Below are positions 1-10,577 of a stretch of DNA of 64,000 bases, in pieces. The DNA lies in NCBI GenBank assembly GCA_964419675.1, contig CAYQPN010000003.1, forward strand, positions 75,985 to 139,984, read 5' to 3'. Position 1 is the stretch's first letter, and every line of letters starts with the position of its first letter. Origin of the DNA: an uncultured Candidatus Saccharibacteria bacterium. GTDB lineage: Bacteria > Patescibacteriota > Saccharimonadia > Saccharimonadales > SZUA-47. A program made the translations under genes and the position numbers. The notes below the pieces were generated by a model. The model did not search any database. It was not told the DNA's origin and worked only from the letters and a program-made list of their open reading frames with translations.

Positions 1-59
1 GCTTTATGTGCTTGTTTCTTTTTTGGGTCTAAATAGTCCATTTTTGTACTGCTAGACCA

Positions 60-1238
60 TTGTCTCATATACCGCGCAAAATTGTTATACAAAAACACTT
101 GCTAATGGAGAGCTTTTCAAGGTACGATGTTTGGTACAAGGTAACAACGAAACAGGAATATTTAGTGGGCAGTCAAAACTTTATAGAAATAAATGGACGA
201 CGATACGACGCGGGAAGCGGAAAGCTAATCCACGAGTCTACTCAAATGCCTCCTAAAACTAGCTCTGCGTCAAAACCAGTAGTCAATAACAAAGGAGTTA
301 TGGACGGAGTGGCTAAAAGGCCGACAAAAAACTCAAGCCATACCGCGGCATCTCATATCCACAAAAGTCCACAGAAATCCCAAACTTTAATGAGAAGCAG
401 TGTGCATAAACCTACTGAAGTAATTCATCGTCCGGTCACTAAGGTCTCTATGATACAAAAATCTCAACTAGGGGATTCTGCACGCCGTCAATCCCAAGCT
501 AGCACCATTGTAAAAAGTCCGCTAATTAAGAAGTTTGGGCCAAATGTTGCAAGATCATCTGTTGCTAGAAGCCATCAAGAAACCATTATTAAACCAGGGC
601 CGGGGCGGGCCGACAAACAAACTACTAACCCTAGTACACGAAATACACCAGTTGTAAGTGAAAGCAGGAAAGTTAGCGTAACTGAGAAACTTATAAATGC
701 AGCACTAGCATCGTCACGCTCTCACGAAGAACTACCGGTGCATTTTAAGAGACACAGCAAACTATCTAGGAAACTTGGTGTTAGCACGCGCGCCGCTGGG
801 GTAAGCATGGCTGTTCTGGCCGGCGTATTACTAGGTGGCTTTTTTGCAGTGCAGAGAGTACCAAACTTGGCTATGAAAGTTGCTGCCACTAGGGCCGGAT
901 TTAATGCGAGCATGCCAGGTTATAGCCCGTCAGGGTTTAGTTTTAGGGGACCAATAAATTACACGGCAGGCAGAGTAACTGTTAGCTACCGTTCAAACTC
1001 CGACGATCGTAATTACTCGGTCAGTCAAAGCTCGAGCAACTGGAATAGTGACGCACTATTATCAAACTTTGTAGTAGCCAATAACAAGACGTACCAGACA
1101 TATTTAGATCGGGGAAGAACTCTATACATGTATGACGGATCCAGCGCAACGTGGATAGACAACGGAGTATGGTACCAAATTGAAGGCGACTCTAGCCTAA
1201 CAACAGATCAGTTGATTCGTATTGCCAGCAGTCTGTAG
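60..1238 (+). CDS. membrane-anchored protein with C-terminal DUF4367-like domain (anti-sigma-factor-like architecture)
   Basis: 392-aa ORF (TTG at 60, first ATG at 105). Basic S/T/K-rich N-terminal half, one TM helix (GVSMAVLAGVLLGGFFAV), and an extracytoplasmic tail PGYSPSGFSF...VSYRS...WYQIEGDSSLTTDQLIRIASSL that resembles DUF4367. Confidence 0.5.
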   Translation: MSHIPRKIVIQKHLLMESFSRYDVWYKVTTKQEYLVGSQNFIEINGRRYDAGSGKLIHESTQMPPKTSSASKPVVNNKGVMDGVAKRPTKNSSHTAASHIHKSPQKSQTLMRSSVHKPTEVIHRPVTKVSMIQKSQLGDSARRQSQASTIVKSPLIKKFGPNVARSSVARSHQETIIKPGPGRADKQTTNPSTRNTPVVSESRKVSVTEKLINAALASSRSHEELPVHFKRHSKLSRKLGVSTRAAGVSMAVLAGVLLGGFFAVQRVPNLAMKVAATRAGFNASMPGYSPSGFSFRGPINYTAGRVTVSYRSNSDDRNYSVSQSSSNWNSDALLSNFVVANNKTYQTYLDRGRTLYMYDGSSATWIDNGVWYQIEGDSSLTTDQLIRIASSL

Positions 1239-1270
1239 GTACTAGTACGGGATGTACCCAACCCCAAAGC

Positions 1271-1693
1271 CTAACTCTCTAACTCGATGCCTTCTGATTG
1301 GTCTTTAGGGGTAAGTATTTTGTCTACTAGCTTATCAATATCGTCATCTGACAGATTCGCCTTAACTGCGTAGCCCTCAATACCAAGCTCTCTTAGTCCT
1401 GCAGGAGCATCCGCCTCGTTCAGGTTAGATATAATAAACACTCTAATGTTTTTGCCCCAATCAGCCGCACGCATTTGCTTTAATACCTCATCACCTGCAA
1501 TTACGGGAATCATCATGTCAAGTAATACTAAATCAGGTTTTTCTCTTTCAATAATTTCAAGTGCTTGACCGCCATCTCGAGCTACAAAACACTGATATCC
1601 AATTATCTCTAATCTTGTTTTATATATATCTGACAGTGCTACATTATCTTCAACAATAACAATTTTGAGTGGGTGTATTTCGTAGTCATCCAT
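1271..1693 (-). CDS. single-domain response regulator (CheY-like receiver only)
   Basis: 140 aa. IVIVEDN acidic pocket, DLVLLDMMIP phospho-acceptor Asp, and conserved Lys in GYAVKAN. No output domain. Confidence 0.85.
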   Translation of the reverse strand: MDDYEIHPLKIVIVEDNVALSDIYKTRLEIIGYQCFVARDGGQALEIIEREKPDLVLLDMMIPVIAGDEVLKQMRAADWGKNIRVFIISNLNEADAPAGLRELGIEGYAVKANLSDDDIDKLVDKILTPKDQSEGIELES

Positions 1694-1761
1694 ATATTAA
1701 TAATAACTTAAGCACGGCTTTATCACCATAGGAATATCTATAATCAACCAGATAACCTATT

Positions 1762-2040
1762 ATGCTTGTAGGCTTACAAATGAAAGCAATCAATATTTTT
1801 CAAAATTCCAAGGGCAAAACCGTAATTTTTCAGAAACCTAATACCCCCCTAATTATCTGGCTGGTTTGTACCATTACGCAAAGACTTACCTCAGGTAACC
1901 TGACAAATTTAATTAGCTTAATTGGTTTTATAGCTCTTTTTTATTGGGCTAATCTAGAAGTACTTTACGGAGCCAGCTATTTCAGAAAAATACTGGGATT
2001 TGTGGTTATAGTTTTTAGCTTATACTCAAGATTAAAGTAG
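1762..2040 (+). CDS. small hypothetical membrane protein
   Basis: 92-aa ORF with 2-3 hydrophobic segments. No recognisable motif. Confidence 0.35.
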   Translation: MLVGLQMKAINIFQNSKGKTVIFQKPNTPLIIWLVCTITQRLTSGNLTNLISLIGFIALFYWANLEVLYGASYFRKILGFVVIVFSLYSRLK

Positions 2041-2100
2041 TGTCTCTAGGTTATTTTTTAGCTTTTGCATTTTAAAAGTAGTAGTTCATACTTAAGCGTA

Positions 2101-3270
2101 ATGGACATGATAAGAAAATTTACTATTTATCTTTGCCTGTTGCTTTACCGAACTCTGCTTGTTTTCTTAGTAACTTTAGGCGCGAGTGTACTGCTTGCAA
2201 GAGACAGCAACTATATTAAGGATGTATTGGTGGGTCAAGATGTATATAGCAAATTTGTGCCGGCACTAATAGAAGCAAACATCGCCCAACAAAACCAAAC
2301 GGTTAGTTCAATCCCACTTGAGGACCCTAAGGTCCAAGAAATATTCACTAAAGCCTTTCCAGCAGAAGACCTTCAATTAGCAAGTGAAACTATTATTAAT
2401 AGTGCCTATTCTTGGCTTGAAGGGGATAGTTCTACTTTTGATTTTAGAGTTGACTTCACAAAGAATAAAGAAGCTCTAGCCAGTGGTTTGGCAAATTACG
2501 CCTTTAACCGGTTGGAGTACTTACCAACCTGCAATATAATCCCTGAGTCTATCGACCCCTTCACAACTAACTGTCTACCAGAAAATATTGACCTAGTCAG
2601 CGAAAAACAAAGTTTCAAAGATTTAATCACTAACACCGACGGGTTCTTAGAGAACCCAATAATAACTCAAGAATCCTTGCCCAAAGACGGCAGGGGGCGA
2701 ATATTCTCAAATCAATACCCTGAAATGCCAGTTTATTACTCGTTAATGTTTGTATCTATACCAATTCTTGCTGGAGTGATTTTACTACTGGCAATTTTAG
2801 TAGTCTTTTTAAGCCGTTCTCTAAGACGGGGTATACGTAAAATTGGTCTAAGCACCGCTACGGTATGTTTCAGCTTAATCCTTTTTACAGTCATTTTTGT
2901 TTTTGTTTTACCTCTGTTCACTAACTCACTACCTATACTGCAAACCTCTGATCAGGGAATTGATGGGCTGTTGAATAGTGTCAGTAAAGCCATAGGTAGA
3001 GATTATTCTATTGCAATGATTAAAATTGGCGTACCAATTCTTCTTGGTGGTCTGCTAATTTTTGGCATAGAAAAACTTACCAGGCCTAAAGTAAACTACA
3101 AAACTGCTTCAAAGAAATCCGGTCTTTCCAGCAGTAATGAGCCTAAAATTAAAGGTCCTACTAAATCAAAAATCGTAAAAAAGCGTCCTCCCGTACAGTC
3201 CAGCGAATCTAGTGACACCAAACCTGCAAAAAGACTAAAGAACAAAAAGTATCGTACAATACCTAAATAG
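2101..3270 (+). CDS. hypothetical multi-pass membrane protein with Lys-rich C-terminal tail
   Basis: ORF 2065-3270 (TTG); first ATG at 2101 (MDMIRKF...). N-terminal TM, a large loop, three C-terminal TM helices, then a basic tail (KKRPPVQSS...KRLKNKKYR). Confidence 0.5.
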   Translation: MDMIRKFTIYLCLLLYRTLLVFLVTLGASVLLARDSNYIKDVLVGQDVYSKFVPALIEANIAQQNQTVSSIPLEDPKVQEIFTKAFPAEDLQLASETIINSAYSWLEGDSSTFDFRVDFTKNKEALASGLANYAFNRLEYLPTCNIIPESIDPFTTNCLPENIDLVSEKQSFKDLITNTDGFLENPIITQESLPKDGRGRIFSNQYPEMPVYYSLMFVSIPILAGVILLLAILVVFLSRSLRRGIRKIGLSTATVCFSLILFTVIFVFVLPLFTNSLPILQTSDQGIDGLLNSVSKAIGRDYSIAMIKIGVPILLGGLLIFGIEKLTRPKVNYKTASKKSGLSSSNEPKIKGPTKSKIVKKRPPVQSSESSDTKPAKRLKNKKYRTIPK

Positions 3271-3390
3271 AAACATCTTTGGTAATGAATCCCGTTAGAG
3301 CCTTTACTGGCTTATAAAAAACACGGAAAACTGATATTGTAAGTTAGATGTTAATGATATGTAGTAAGGCGTAAGGGAGGCTCTAACGGG

Positions 3391-4035
3391 ATGAAGATAG
3401 GGATTGTTGGGTCAGGGGATGTAGCTAGAAGCCTAGGGGATGGGTTGGCTGAACTTGGCCACGATGTAATGATTGGTACGCGAGACGTAAAAAAAAGCGA
3501 ACTAAAAGAGTGGCATAAAAAGAATGACAAGCATAAATCACTAGGTAGTACCACGGAAGCTGCCAGCTACGGTGATATAGCCATCCTGGCGACTGCCTGG
3601 CATGCCACTGAAGACGTTTTAGCTCAGATAAGGCCAGAGCTAGCGGGTAAGGTAGTGTTGGACGTAACAAACCCCTTGAAATTTAATGACGACGAAGCAC
3701 CAGAGCTTTCTGTGGGTCATACTATTTCTGGTGGTGAGATTGTTCAGCAAAGTCTACCAGATAGCCACGTGGTTAAAACCCTTAATATCATTAGCCACAC
3801 TAACATGGTCCAACCAAAATATCCGTCAGGTACACCAACTATGTTTATGTGTGGTAACAATCAATCTGCCAAAGACCACGCCCGTGAATTATTAGCTCAA
3901 ATGGGATGGTCGGATGTTGTAGACATCGGTGGAATTGAGAAAAGTAGGTTGCTAGAACCGATGTGCCTACTTTGGATTGAATACGGGGTAGCCCGCGACA
4001 CCTGGGAACACGCAATTTCAATTTTAAAGAAATAG
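3391..4035 (+). CDS. NADPH-dependent F420 reductase-like / NAD(P)-binding oxidoreductase
   Basis: 214 aa. N-terminal Rossmann motif MKIGIVGSGDVARSLG, with overall resemblance to the NpdG/F420_oxidored family. GGAGG-like RBS upstream. Confidence 0.65.
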   Translation: MKIGIVGSGDVARSLGDGLAELGHDVMIGTRDVKKSELKEWHKKNDKHKSLGSTTEAASYGDIAILATAWHATEDVLAQIRPELAGKVVLDVTNPLKFNDDEAPELSVGHTISGGEIVQQSLPDSHVVKTLNIISHTNMVQPKYPSGTPTMFMCGNNQSAKDHARELLAQMGWSDVVDIGGIEKSRLLEPMCLLWIEYGVARDTWEHAISILKK

Positions 4036-4091
4036 TAGAAAATTTGATTAAGTTCTTTACTTCTTACTCTTTTTATGATATAGTAAATTAA

Positions 4092-4655
4092 ATGAAACAT
4101 TTTCCTACACGGGAAGAATTAAAAAATGCCGGGCTAACACTGCACCGGCTTAACTTAGCCGACGGGGTACAAGCACTTGGACCCGACACTTCGATAAGGA
4201 TATTAAACAAAAGAGTAAAGGGTAATTTACCGGAACATTTGAGGAGCGTGTACTCTAATAGGGTCGATTTAAGCCTCGGTCCGATTGCTCTACTAGATTT
4301 TATAAGAGTTACACCCCATAAAGAATTACCAAGTATCTTTCCGCTTGGAGTTGTTCTATCATTAGAATTTTTTCTCGATTATAAAAATGTTGCTTTTGGA
4401 TTAAAGGGGCTTGGCGTAGAAGACGGAGATACAATTACAGCTCATGCAGGTAGCCAAGACGTTGCGTTAGGTAAAGATGCTGATATTTATTCATCTAGTG
4501 GCACCTATGGTACAAGACCGGCTTCTGAACTTGTGGGGGAACTGGCGGTACCGGATTTTATTAAACCTGCTTCCGGATATATTGTAACCATTACTCAAGA
4601 TGGGCTAAACTCTGGTTTATTACATCGAAGTGAAACCGCTGTCAGTTTAGTATAA
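4092..4655 (+). CDS. hypothetical protein
   Basis: 187-aa ORF with protein-like composition and no recognised motif. Confidence 0.4.
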   Translation: MKHFPTREELKNAGLTLHRLNLADGVQALGPDTSIRILNKRVKGNLPEHLRSVYSNRVDLSLGPIALLDFIRVTPHKELPSIFPLGVVLSLEFFLDYKNVAFGLKGLGVEDGDTITAHAGSQDVALGKDADIYSSSGTYGTRPASELVGELAVPDFIKPASGYIVTITQDGLNSGLLHRSETAVSLV

Positions 4656-4656
4656 A

Positions 4657-6315
4657 TTAGGCTAATCGTTTTCTAGATCTGTCCTCGCCCATAATTTGCA
4701 TTATTATCCAGAGGTCGGGGGTATGGGTTTTTCCAGTTAATTTGACCCTGATAATTGTGGCAAAGTCGGCAATCCCACCTCTAAACTTTTCCGGGTTAGC
4801 TTTTAGCTCTTTTCTATCAAGTGTGTAACCGGCGGATTCTGCAGCCTTTTTCATGTTTTCAAACCAAGTTTCTTTATCTGCAGAATGGTCATATGTTTTT
4901 AAAAATTCTTGTGTAGCAATATTCAAATCTTCTGGGCTAACTTCAAGTTTATCTCTATCTGAGTTTTTAAATATTTCGTCATAAAAATAGCCGAATTGCT
5001 CAGGCACGTCAGACCATTTAGCAACGTCTTTTCTGGGGTTATCACCACCGCGCTCAATTGCCAAAACAGCTTTTGTATATTCAGGGTCGCTCATCATAGC
5101 ACCAAACAATTTTTCATCATGGATTTCGACCCAAGTCAGTACCTGCTTATTAAAATGTTCCTGCGACATTCGGCCAATTTCATCTTTAGCGTAATCTTCA
5201 ACCTTTTTCATATCTAGCAGAGGGGAACGGGAGCTTTTAAGTTTATCTATGCTAAATACATATTCACTTAAGTCTACATCCGGGTTTTCTCTGTACCAAT
5301 CTTCAAAGTTTGAATTTGCTAGCCCAAGAATGTATGCCTTAACAGCATTGATGGGGTAGGCGGCCTTCTGCCAAAATGCAACATCCGCCTCTGGGTCTTT
5401 TCGCTTAGACAGTTTTCGCTTTCCGCCGCCAGTTGGGTCTACAATTGATATAACTGGGGTATGAGCATACCTAAACGGCGTAATCCCAAGAGCTTGCGCA
5501 ATTTCAATATGCAGTGGGGTAGAAGGCAACCATTCTTCACCGCGAAAAATAATTGTTGACTTCATTAAATGATCATCGACAACGTGGGCCAGGTGATATG
5601 TTGGCAACCGATATTCGTCAGATTTTATTAACGGTACATCCAGGTCATTTTCCGGTACTTCCATATGACCTTTAAGTACGTCGTCAAATTCTACCCGCTT
5701 GTCATGACTGCCATTAGATTTAAAACGCAGAACAAAGGGTTTCCCGGCATCGAGTGCCTCTATAATGTCCGAGTCAGACCTATCGCGCCACAACGCCCAT
5801 TCACCGTAATAGCCTGGACGCATTTTCTTAGCCTGTTGGTCTTTAACGGCATTCTGAAGTTCTTCAGGCGTTGCAAAACACGGATAGGCACGACCTTTGT
5901 CTAGAAGCTCCAGCGCAAAACTAAAATATATATCCTGGCGTTCACTTTGAACATAAGGCCCGTATTCGCCCTTGACGCTTCCGTCAGCCTGCAGACCTTC
6001 GTCAGGACTCAACCCAAAGGACTCAAGTTGGGTTGCTATAAGTTGTTTAGAACCTTCAACTTCACGCTTTTTATCGGTATCTTCTAAGCGCAACATGTAT
6101 ACACCGTCAGATTGTCGTGCAACATACTGGCAAATTAGAGCCGTAAAGATACCACCAATATGCATAAAACCGGTTGGGGAAGGGCAAAAGCGTGTAACTT
6201 CGGCGCCTGCTGGCAAATTGCGTGGTGGGTACTTTTGCTCAATTTCAGCACGGCTCAACACCTTCAATTCTCCCAAAAGTAACTCTCGTATTCGTTGTTT
6301 TGTTTCTTCGCTCAT
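4657..6315 (-). CDS. gltX: glutamate--tRNA ligase
   Basis: 552 aa. Class I signature PSPTGFMHIGG (HIGH) and KLSKRK (KMSKS). Confidence 0.9.
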   Translation of the reverse strand: MSEETKQRIRELLLGELKVLSRAEIEQKYPPRNLPAGAEVTRFCPSPTGFMHIGGIFTALICQYVARQSDGVYMLRLEDTDKKREVEGSKQLIATQLESFGLSPDEGLQADGSVKGEYGPYVQSERQDIYFSFALELLDKGRAYPCFATPEELQNAVKDQQAKKMRPGYYGEWALWRDRSDSDIIEALDAGKPFVLRFKSNGSHDKRVEFDDVLKGHMEVPENDLDVPLIKSDEYRLPTYHLAHVVDDHLMKSTIIFRGEEWLPSTPLHIEIAQALGITPFRYAHTPVISIVDPTGGGKRKLSKRKDPEADVAFWQKAAYPINAVKAYILGLANSNFEDWYRENPDVDLSEYVFSIDKLKSSRSPLLDMKKVEDYAKDEIGRMSQEHFNKQVLTWVEIHDEKLFGAMMSDPEYTKAVLAIERGGDNPRKDVAKWSDVPEQFGYFYDEIFKNSDRDKLEVSPEDLNIATQEFLKTYDHSADKETWFENMKKAAESAGYTLDRKELKANPEKFRGGIADFATIIRVKLTGKTHTPDLWIIMQIMGEDRSRKRLA

Positions 6316-6393
6316 TAATTACTAGTTTACATCAAAGCAAAAGAGAGTGCACGACAGTATAACTAATAATAAATACTGCAAAAAGTGTAAACT

Positions 6394-6837
6394 ATGACTA
6401 TGGTTATACGCGCCACAGGTATATGCATAAAAGACGATGCTGTCTTACTAGTTGATCAATCTTTTAAAGACATGCCTAGGTTCTGGTCTTTACCTGGTGG
6501 GAAAGTTGAGGAGGGTGAGGAGCTCCACGAAGCCATAATTCGTGAGATTAAAGAAGAAACAGGTATTGATGTTGTCGTGGAACGCCTGCTGTATGTTACT
6601 CAACGGTTTATAGAACAGAAGCATATAGTCCAAGTGATTTTTGAAGTAAAATACCTTAAGGGTGTTCCAGGTAAAAACTTGAAACTAACAAACAGTGAGC
6701 AAGTTCATAAAGTTGAGTTTATTAAATACAAAGTTCTTGAATCGTATGGCATTAGTAAAAAATTTGCAGATAAAATCAGGAGCGGTTTTACAGACGCTGG
6801 TAAATACTATGACCGGATTTCGGACCTTGGCTTATAA
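6394..6837 (+). CDS. NUDIX hydrolase
   Basis: 147 aa with a Nudix box GGKVEEGEELHEAIIREIKEETGI. Confidence 0.85.
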   Translation: MTMVIRATGICIKDDAVLLVDQSFKDMPRFWSLPGGKVEEGEELHEAIIREIKEETGIDVVVERLLYVTQRFIEQKHIVQVIFEVKYLKGVPGKNLKLTNSEQVHKVEFIKYKVLESYGISKKFADKIRSGFTDAGKYYDRISDLGL

Positions 6838-7413
6838 CAAAACAACACCTAACAATCGCTGGGTATTGATATGTGGTGGGCCAAATAGTGGCAAAACAAC
6901 GATTGTTAACAGACTTGAAGACCTTGGATACAAAGTTAAGCATGAAGAAGCTAGGCCCATACTAGACAGATACATTGAAGAAAAAGTCCCATTAGAGAAG
7001 ATTGTGGAAGATAAAATTGTTGGATCTTCTTTTCAGGACGAAATTGCACTAGCAGAATACGCAGCTGAACAAAAACAACCAAAGGAAGAGCTAGTATTTT
7101 TCGACAGAGTAGCAATAGAGTATTTTGCATTGCTAAACTACGTAATCTAAAAATAGATAAAAATATTGCGAAAAAGCTGAGGGAGTGTAGCTATGCATAT
7201 GCATTTTTCCTGGACGCAGTACCTGTCAACTTTTCTTCAGACAGGATAGAGACCATATATGGAGACCCCCTGAAGGCCTCTATTGAACAAGAGAAAGCTA
7301 TGCTGGAAATAATTGAGCAATTCGATATCCCTATTAGTCGAGTAGCCTACGATTCTGTCGATGCGCGTATTAAATACATTCTAAGCAAATTAACTAAAAT
7401 TGGCATAATTTAA
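6809..7413 (+). pseudogene. AAA_28/NadR-type P-loop ATPase, interrupted by a frameshift near 7130
   Basis: ATG at 6809 gives ...WVLICGGPNSGKTT (Walker A)...VFFDRVAIEYFAL, then a stop at 7148-7150. The reading continues in the -1 frame from ~7132 as AKLRNLKIDKNIAKKLRECSYAYAFFLDAVP...DARIKYILSKLTKIGII to a stop at 7411-7413. The 6695-6808 part of the track ORF is only an out-of-frame overlap of the NUDIX gene. Confidence 0.6.
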
Positions 7414-7543
7414 CATAAGTATTCTGTTGCTACAGTTGTCTCATATTATAGTGTGAATTTTAGCCCGAACTAAATCAGGCCTATTTATATTTATAATGTT
7501 TTGGCTAAAATTCTAAAGGTCATGCCTTTTTTATGACGATTAC

Positions 7544-8416
7544 ATGCACTTATGCTTGCCTATACTAACAATTAATGGTTTTATACTATCAATGAAATTA
7601 CCAGAAGTACTGTGTGAGGCTGCCATTCGTTTTGGCGAATTTAGGGGTGCTCCTTCGATACAATTACGTAATATTGAATCCGTTGCAAAGCGATATGGGA
7701 ATCACCGGCCTAAACCTAGAGTTGTAGCTGCCGGGCAAATGCTAGGTAAGTTATTGTATGCCCCACGTATTGAAATGACACCAAAAGCAGAAGATATGCT
7801 GGGGCGACACGTAGATAATGATGGTGTGATTATTCTAACCTCAAATCACGTTAGGTGGATGGACCCACTAATTCTTACCACCTGCCTCAAAAAAACTCCG
7901 ACACTACAGAGAGTAAACAAAGATATGATAATTCCCACTAAGCCGTCGTTGTTCAAGATACCGGGGCTTAGGTGGGCAGTTGAAGGAATGGGCTCGTTTG
8001 TGACTTTTAGAGAAAAGGACGCTATGGAAGAAGATGGCGACATCAGTTCTGAGGATAGGGCTTATTTAGCAAAGTCCGGAGCATATACGGTAGCAACTAT
8101 TGTTGACAATTTGGTAGCGGGAGGCAATGCAGCGGCATTTGTTGAAGGAACTCGAAACAAAGGTGACCCACTAATTGTGCAGGAAATTCTTGGCGGAGTT
8201 GCACTGATGCACAAAAGGGCCGTCAAGTTGGGCGCAAATGTAGCTGAACTTCCTGTCGGAATTTACTATGACCAGAGTAACCGAGGTGCAACTGTGTATT
8301 TTGGAGAAGTATATACACCTCCTCAAGATATGAAACTTCGACAACACACCGATTTCATCCAAGAGCAAGTTCAGGGATGTGTCACGACAGCCTTTGAGCT
8401 GGCTAAGGTTGCTTAG
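7544..8416 (+). CDS. lysophospholipid (1-acyl-sn-glycerol-3-phosphate) acyltransferase, PlsC family
   Basis: HX4D motif NHVRWMDP and the FVEGTRNKG (EGTR) motif. Alternative start at Met17 (7592). Confidence 0.75.
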   Translation: MHLCLPILTINGFILSMKLPEVLCEAAIRFGEFRGAPSIQLRNIESVAKRYGNHRPKPRVVAAGQMLGKLLYAPRIEMTPKAEDMLGRHVDNDGVIILTSNHVRWMDPLILTTCLKKTPTLQRVNKDMIIPTKPSLFKIPGLRWAVEGMGSFVTFREKDAMEEDGDISSEDRAYLAKSGAYTVATIVDNLVAGGNAAAFVEGTRNKGDPLIVQEILGGVALMHKRAVKLGANVAELPVGIYYDQSNRGATVYFGEVYTPPQDMKLRQHTDFIQEQVQGCVTTAFELAKVA

Positions 8417-8536
8417 ACATACACCGCTACGCTAAACCACTACCCATGCAAGCCTCACCAGCACTCGACTCTCTTCAGTCATAAAACCTAAATACACTCT
8501 TGACTTCTTTTTATCTACTGGTAGAACTAAAGGAGT

Positions 8537-9148
8537 TTAATTGATTACGGCTATGACTCTGGCTGGAGCACCATCAATATCTAGATTTAGGGGAAGCGCG
8601 TAAACCATGAACTCGTTGCCAGCAAGTTCATCAAGATTAGTTAGGTTTTCTATTATTAGTACTCCACTTCCCAGAAGTGCTTTGTGGATAGGGAACCCGT
8701 CTTTGCTATCAGCGCTTCCCGTATCCAACCCTACCATTTTGACTTTCTTTTTTATCAAATACTCAGCTACTTCAATTGTCATAGCAGGGAAATCCTCAAA
8801 ATAGCTTGAGCCATAATATTGGTCGCTCATGCCAGTGTGAAAAAGCACTATGTCACCTTCATCTACACCTGCGGACTCTACGGAATCGATTGTAAATTCG
8901 CCGTCGACTTTAACGTACTTGCCACGTCCTACAAATTTATCTATTGATATTTTATCTAAAGCCTTGCCATCCTTAACCATGTGCAATGGAGCATCAATAT
9001 GTGTGCCTATATGTGTTCCTATTGATAGCAAATGGTCATTATAGCCATCATTATCAAATACGCCTGCAGGTTGGATTTTTACCTTAGGGTCACCTGGATA
9101 TACAGGTGTTTGTTCGTTGACGAGCACAGACAAGTCGATTATCTTCAT
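8537..9148 (-). CDS. cyclase-family protein (kynurenine formamidase-like)
   Basis: 203 aa with the metal-binding signature HIGTHIDAPLH. Confidence 0.8.
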   Translation of the reverse strand: MKIIDLSVLVNEQTPVYPGDPKVKIQPAGVFDNDGYNDHLLSIGTHIGTHIDAPLHMVKDGKALDKISIDKFVGRGKYVKVDGEFTIDSVESAGVDEGDIVLFHTGMSDQYYGSSYFEDFPAMTIEVAEYLIKKKVKMVGLDTGSADSKDGFPIHKALLGSGVLIIENLTNLDELAGNEFMVYALPLNLDIDGAPARVIAVIN

Positions 9149-9315
9149 GTATTGATAATACCAAACTCATCCTGACGTTTCGTCTTTGTACAGGTTGGGC
9201 TAAACTGTATTTATAAATAATTATTCTGCACTAAAGGTATTAATTACAAAGGCATAACAAATTTCAGAAACACTTATGATTGCAAAAATATACACGAGGC
9301 TATACTGTTGGCTTA

Positions 9316-9552
9316 ATGGCTCACGAAATTGAAATTAAATTATTTAATTGTACAAAAAATCCTGATACTTGCCCAATTGTTGTACAGATGTTTGAGCTTG
9401 ATGCTTTTGAAGAGCAAATTAGTGATCTTGATAATGATGCTGCCTCTAGAAGAAAAATTTTTGGTGATTTTGTGACAGCCTGCGTAAATGGTAACTGCCC
9501 GGGACAGGATCCGCGCTTAGCGATGCAGATTCTTGATGATAAAAAAGAATAA
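9316..9552 (+). CDS. small hypothetical Cys-containing protein
   Basis: ORF 9280-9552 (TTG); first ATG at 9316 (MAHEIEIKLFNCTKNPDTCP...). No known motif. Confidence 0.3.
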   Translation: MAHEIEIKLFNCTKNPDTCPIVVQMFELDAFEEQISDLDNDAASRRKIFGDFVTACVNGNCPGQDPRLAMQILDDKKE

Positions 9553-9717
9553 TATTTTTGTGGGCGACTGCGGGATGTTTTTTTAAGGCTAGAGTCAATT
9601 TGCTTACACCATCACAACCAGATTAGGGTGGAATTAATCAATAAACAGGAATAAAATTATAGTGTAGGTAGTGTTGAGCTACAGCTAAATTAATAAAGTG
9701 GGAAAAGGAGTCTAGCA

Positions 9718-10557
9718 ATGTCTGAAGATACCAAAGAACCCAAAACTATTGAGGATAGCGTAGAGAGCGAAGAGACTAGTAAAAAAGTATCCGATAAACA
9801 CCTTACCAAACAAGCAAAGAAACATAAGAAATTAAAGATATTTAGCATTATATTGGCTGTCGTATTAATTGTGCCCATATTAGTTGCGGGATGGTATGGT
9901 TTTGTACCTGGCCTATCAAACATCCTGGGAGCACGCACGCCACGTGATCTTGGTGTGCGCTGGACAGAAGCCGACTTTGACAGCTACAAAGCAAAGACCA
10001 ATACGAACTTTATAGATTTTTCAAATGCTCCCGATAATCCAAACAAACCTGGTAAGAAAACGGTTTTTGACGACCCAAAAACCGTCGATAACCTACAGTT
10101 AACACAAGAAGAGATAACAGCAGCTATAAATTCTCTAGGGTGGTCGTGGTTACCAGCCACCAACGTCCAGGTACGCCTAAAAAACGGCGTCATGGAAGTT
10201 TCCGGCAATATTAAGCTTGACCATATTGAACAATTCGTCAATTTCATTGGAGGAGTCGGTTATAGTAATGAGGACGTATCTAAAGCAGCAGATTGGGGCA
10301 GGAAGCTGGTCAACGGTGGTGCATTCTACGCTCAAGGAGCGGCCTCTGTTAGCAATGACACTCTTGTTTTGGATTTACAACGAATATCGATTGGTCGATT
10401 TAACGCACCCATGGATATTGCCCAAAAAGTCATTCATACCGGTGGGTCAAATGGCATCGACCGGACAGATCATCTTTCTGTAGCTTCAGCCACAATCGGC
10501 GACGGGAGTCTAACCTTTACCGGCACTTACCCAACCACAATTTATGTAATGCATTAA
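9718..10557 (+). CDS. hypothetical membrane-anchored extracytoplasmic protein
   Basis: 279 aa. AAAGGAG RBS, charged N-terminus, and a single TM (IFSIILAVVLIVPILVAGWYGF). Confidence 0.5.
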   Translation: MSEDTKEPKTIEDSVESEETSKKVSDKHLTKQAKKHKKLKIFSIILAVVLIVPILVAGWYGFVPGLSNILGARTPRDLGVRWTEADFDSYKAKTNTNFIDFSNAPDNPNKPGKKTVFDDPKTVDNLQLTQEEITAAINSLGWSWLPATNVQVRLKNGVMEVSGNIKLDHIEQFVNFIGGVGYSNEDVSKAADWGRKLVNGGAFYAQGAASVSNDTLVLDLQRISIGRFNAPMDIAQKVIHTGGSNGIDRTDHLSVASATIGDGSLTFTGTYPTTIYVMH

Positions 10558-10577
10558 ACTTATGAAAGAGGGATGAT

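Noticed and set aside
6695-6808. N-terminal 38 codons of track ORF 6695-7150
   Set aside because: This stretch is simply the +1 frame of the NUDIX gene's 3' end. The ATPase homology begins after the ATG at 6809.
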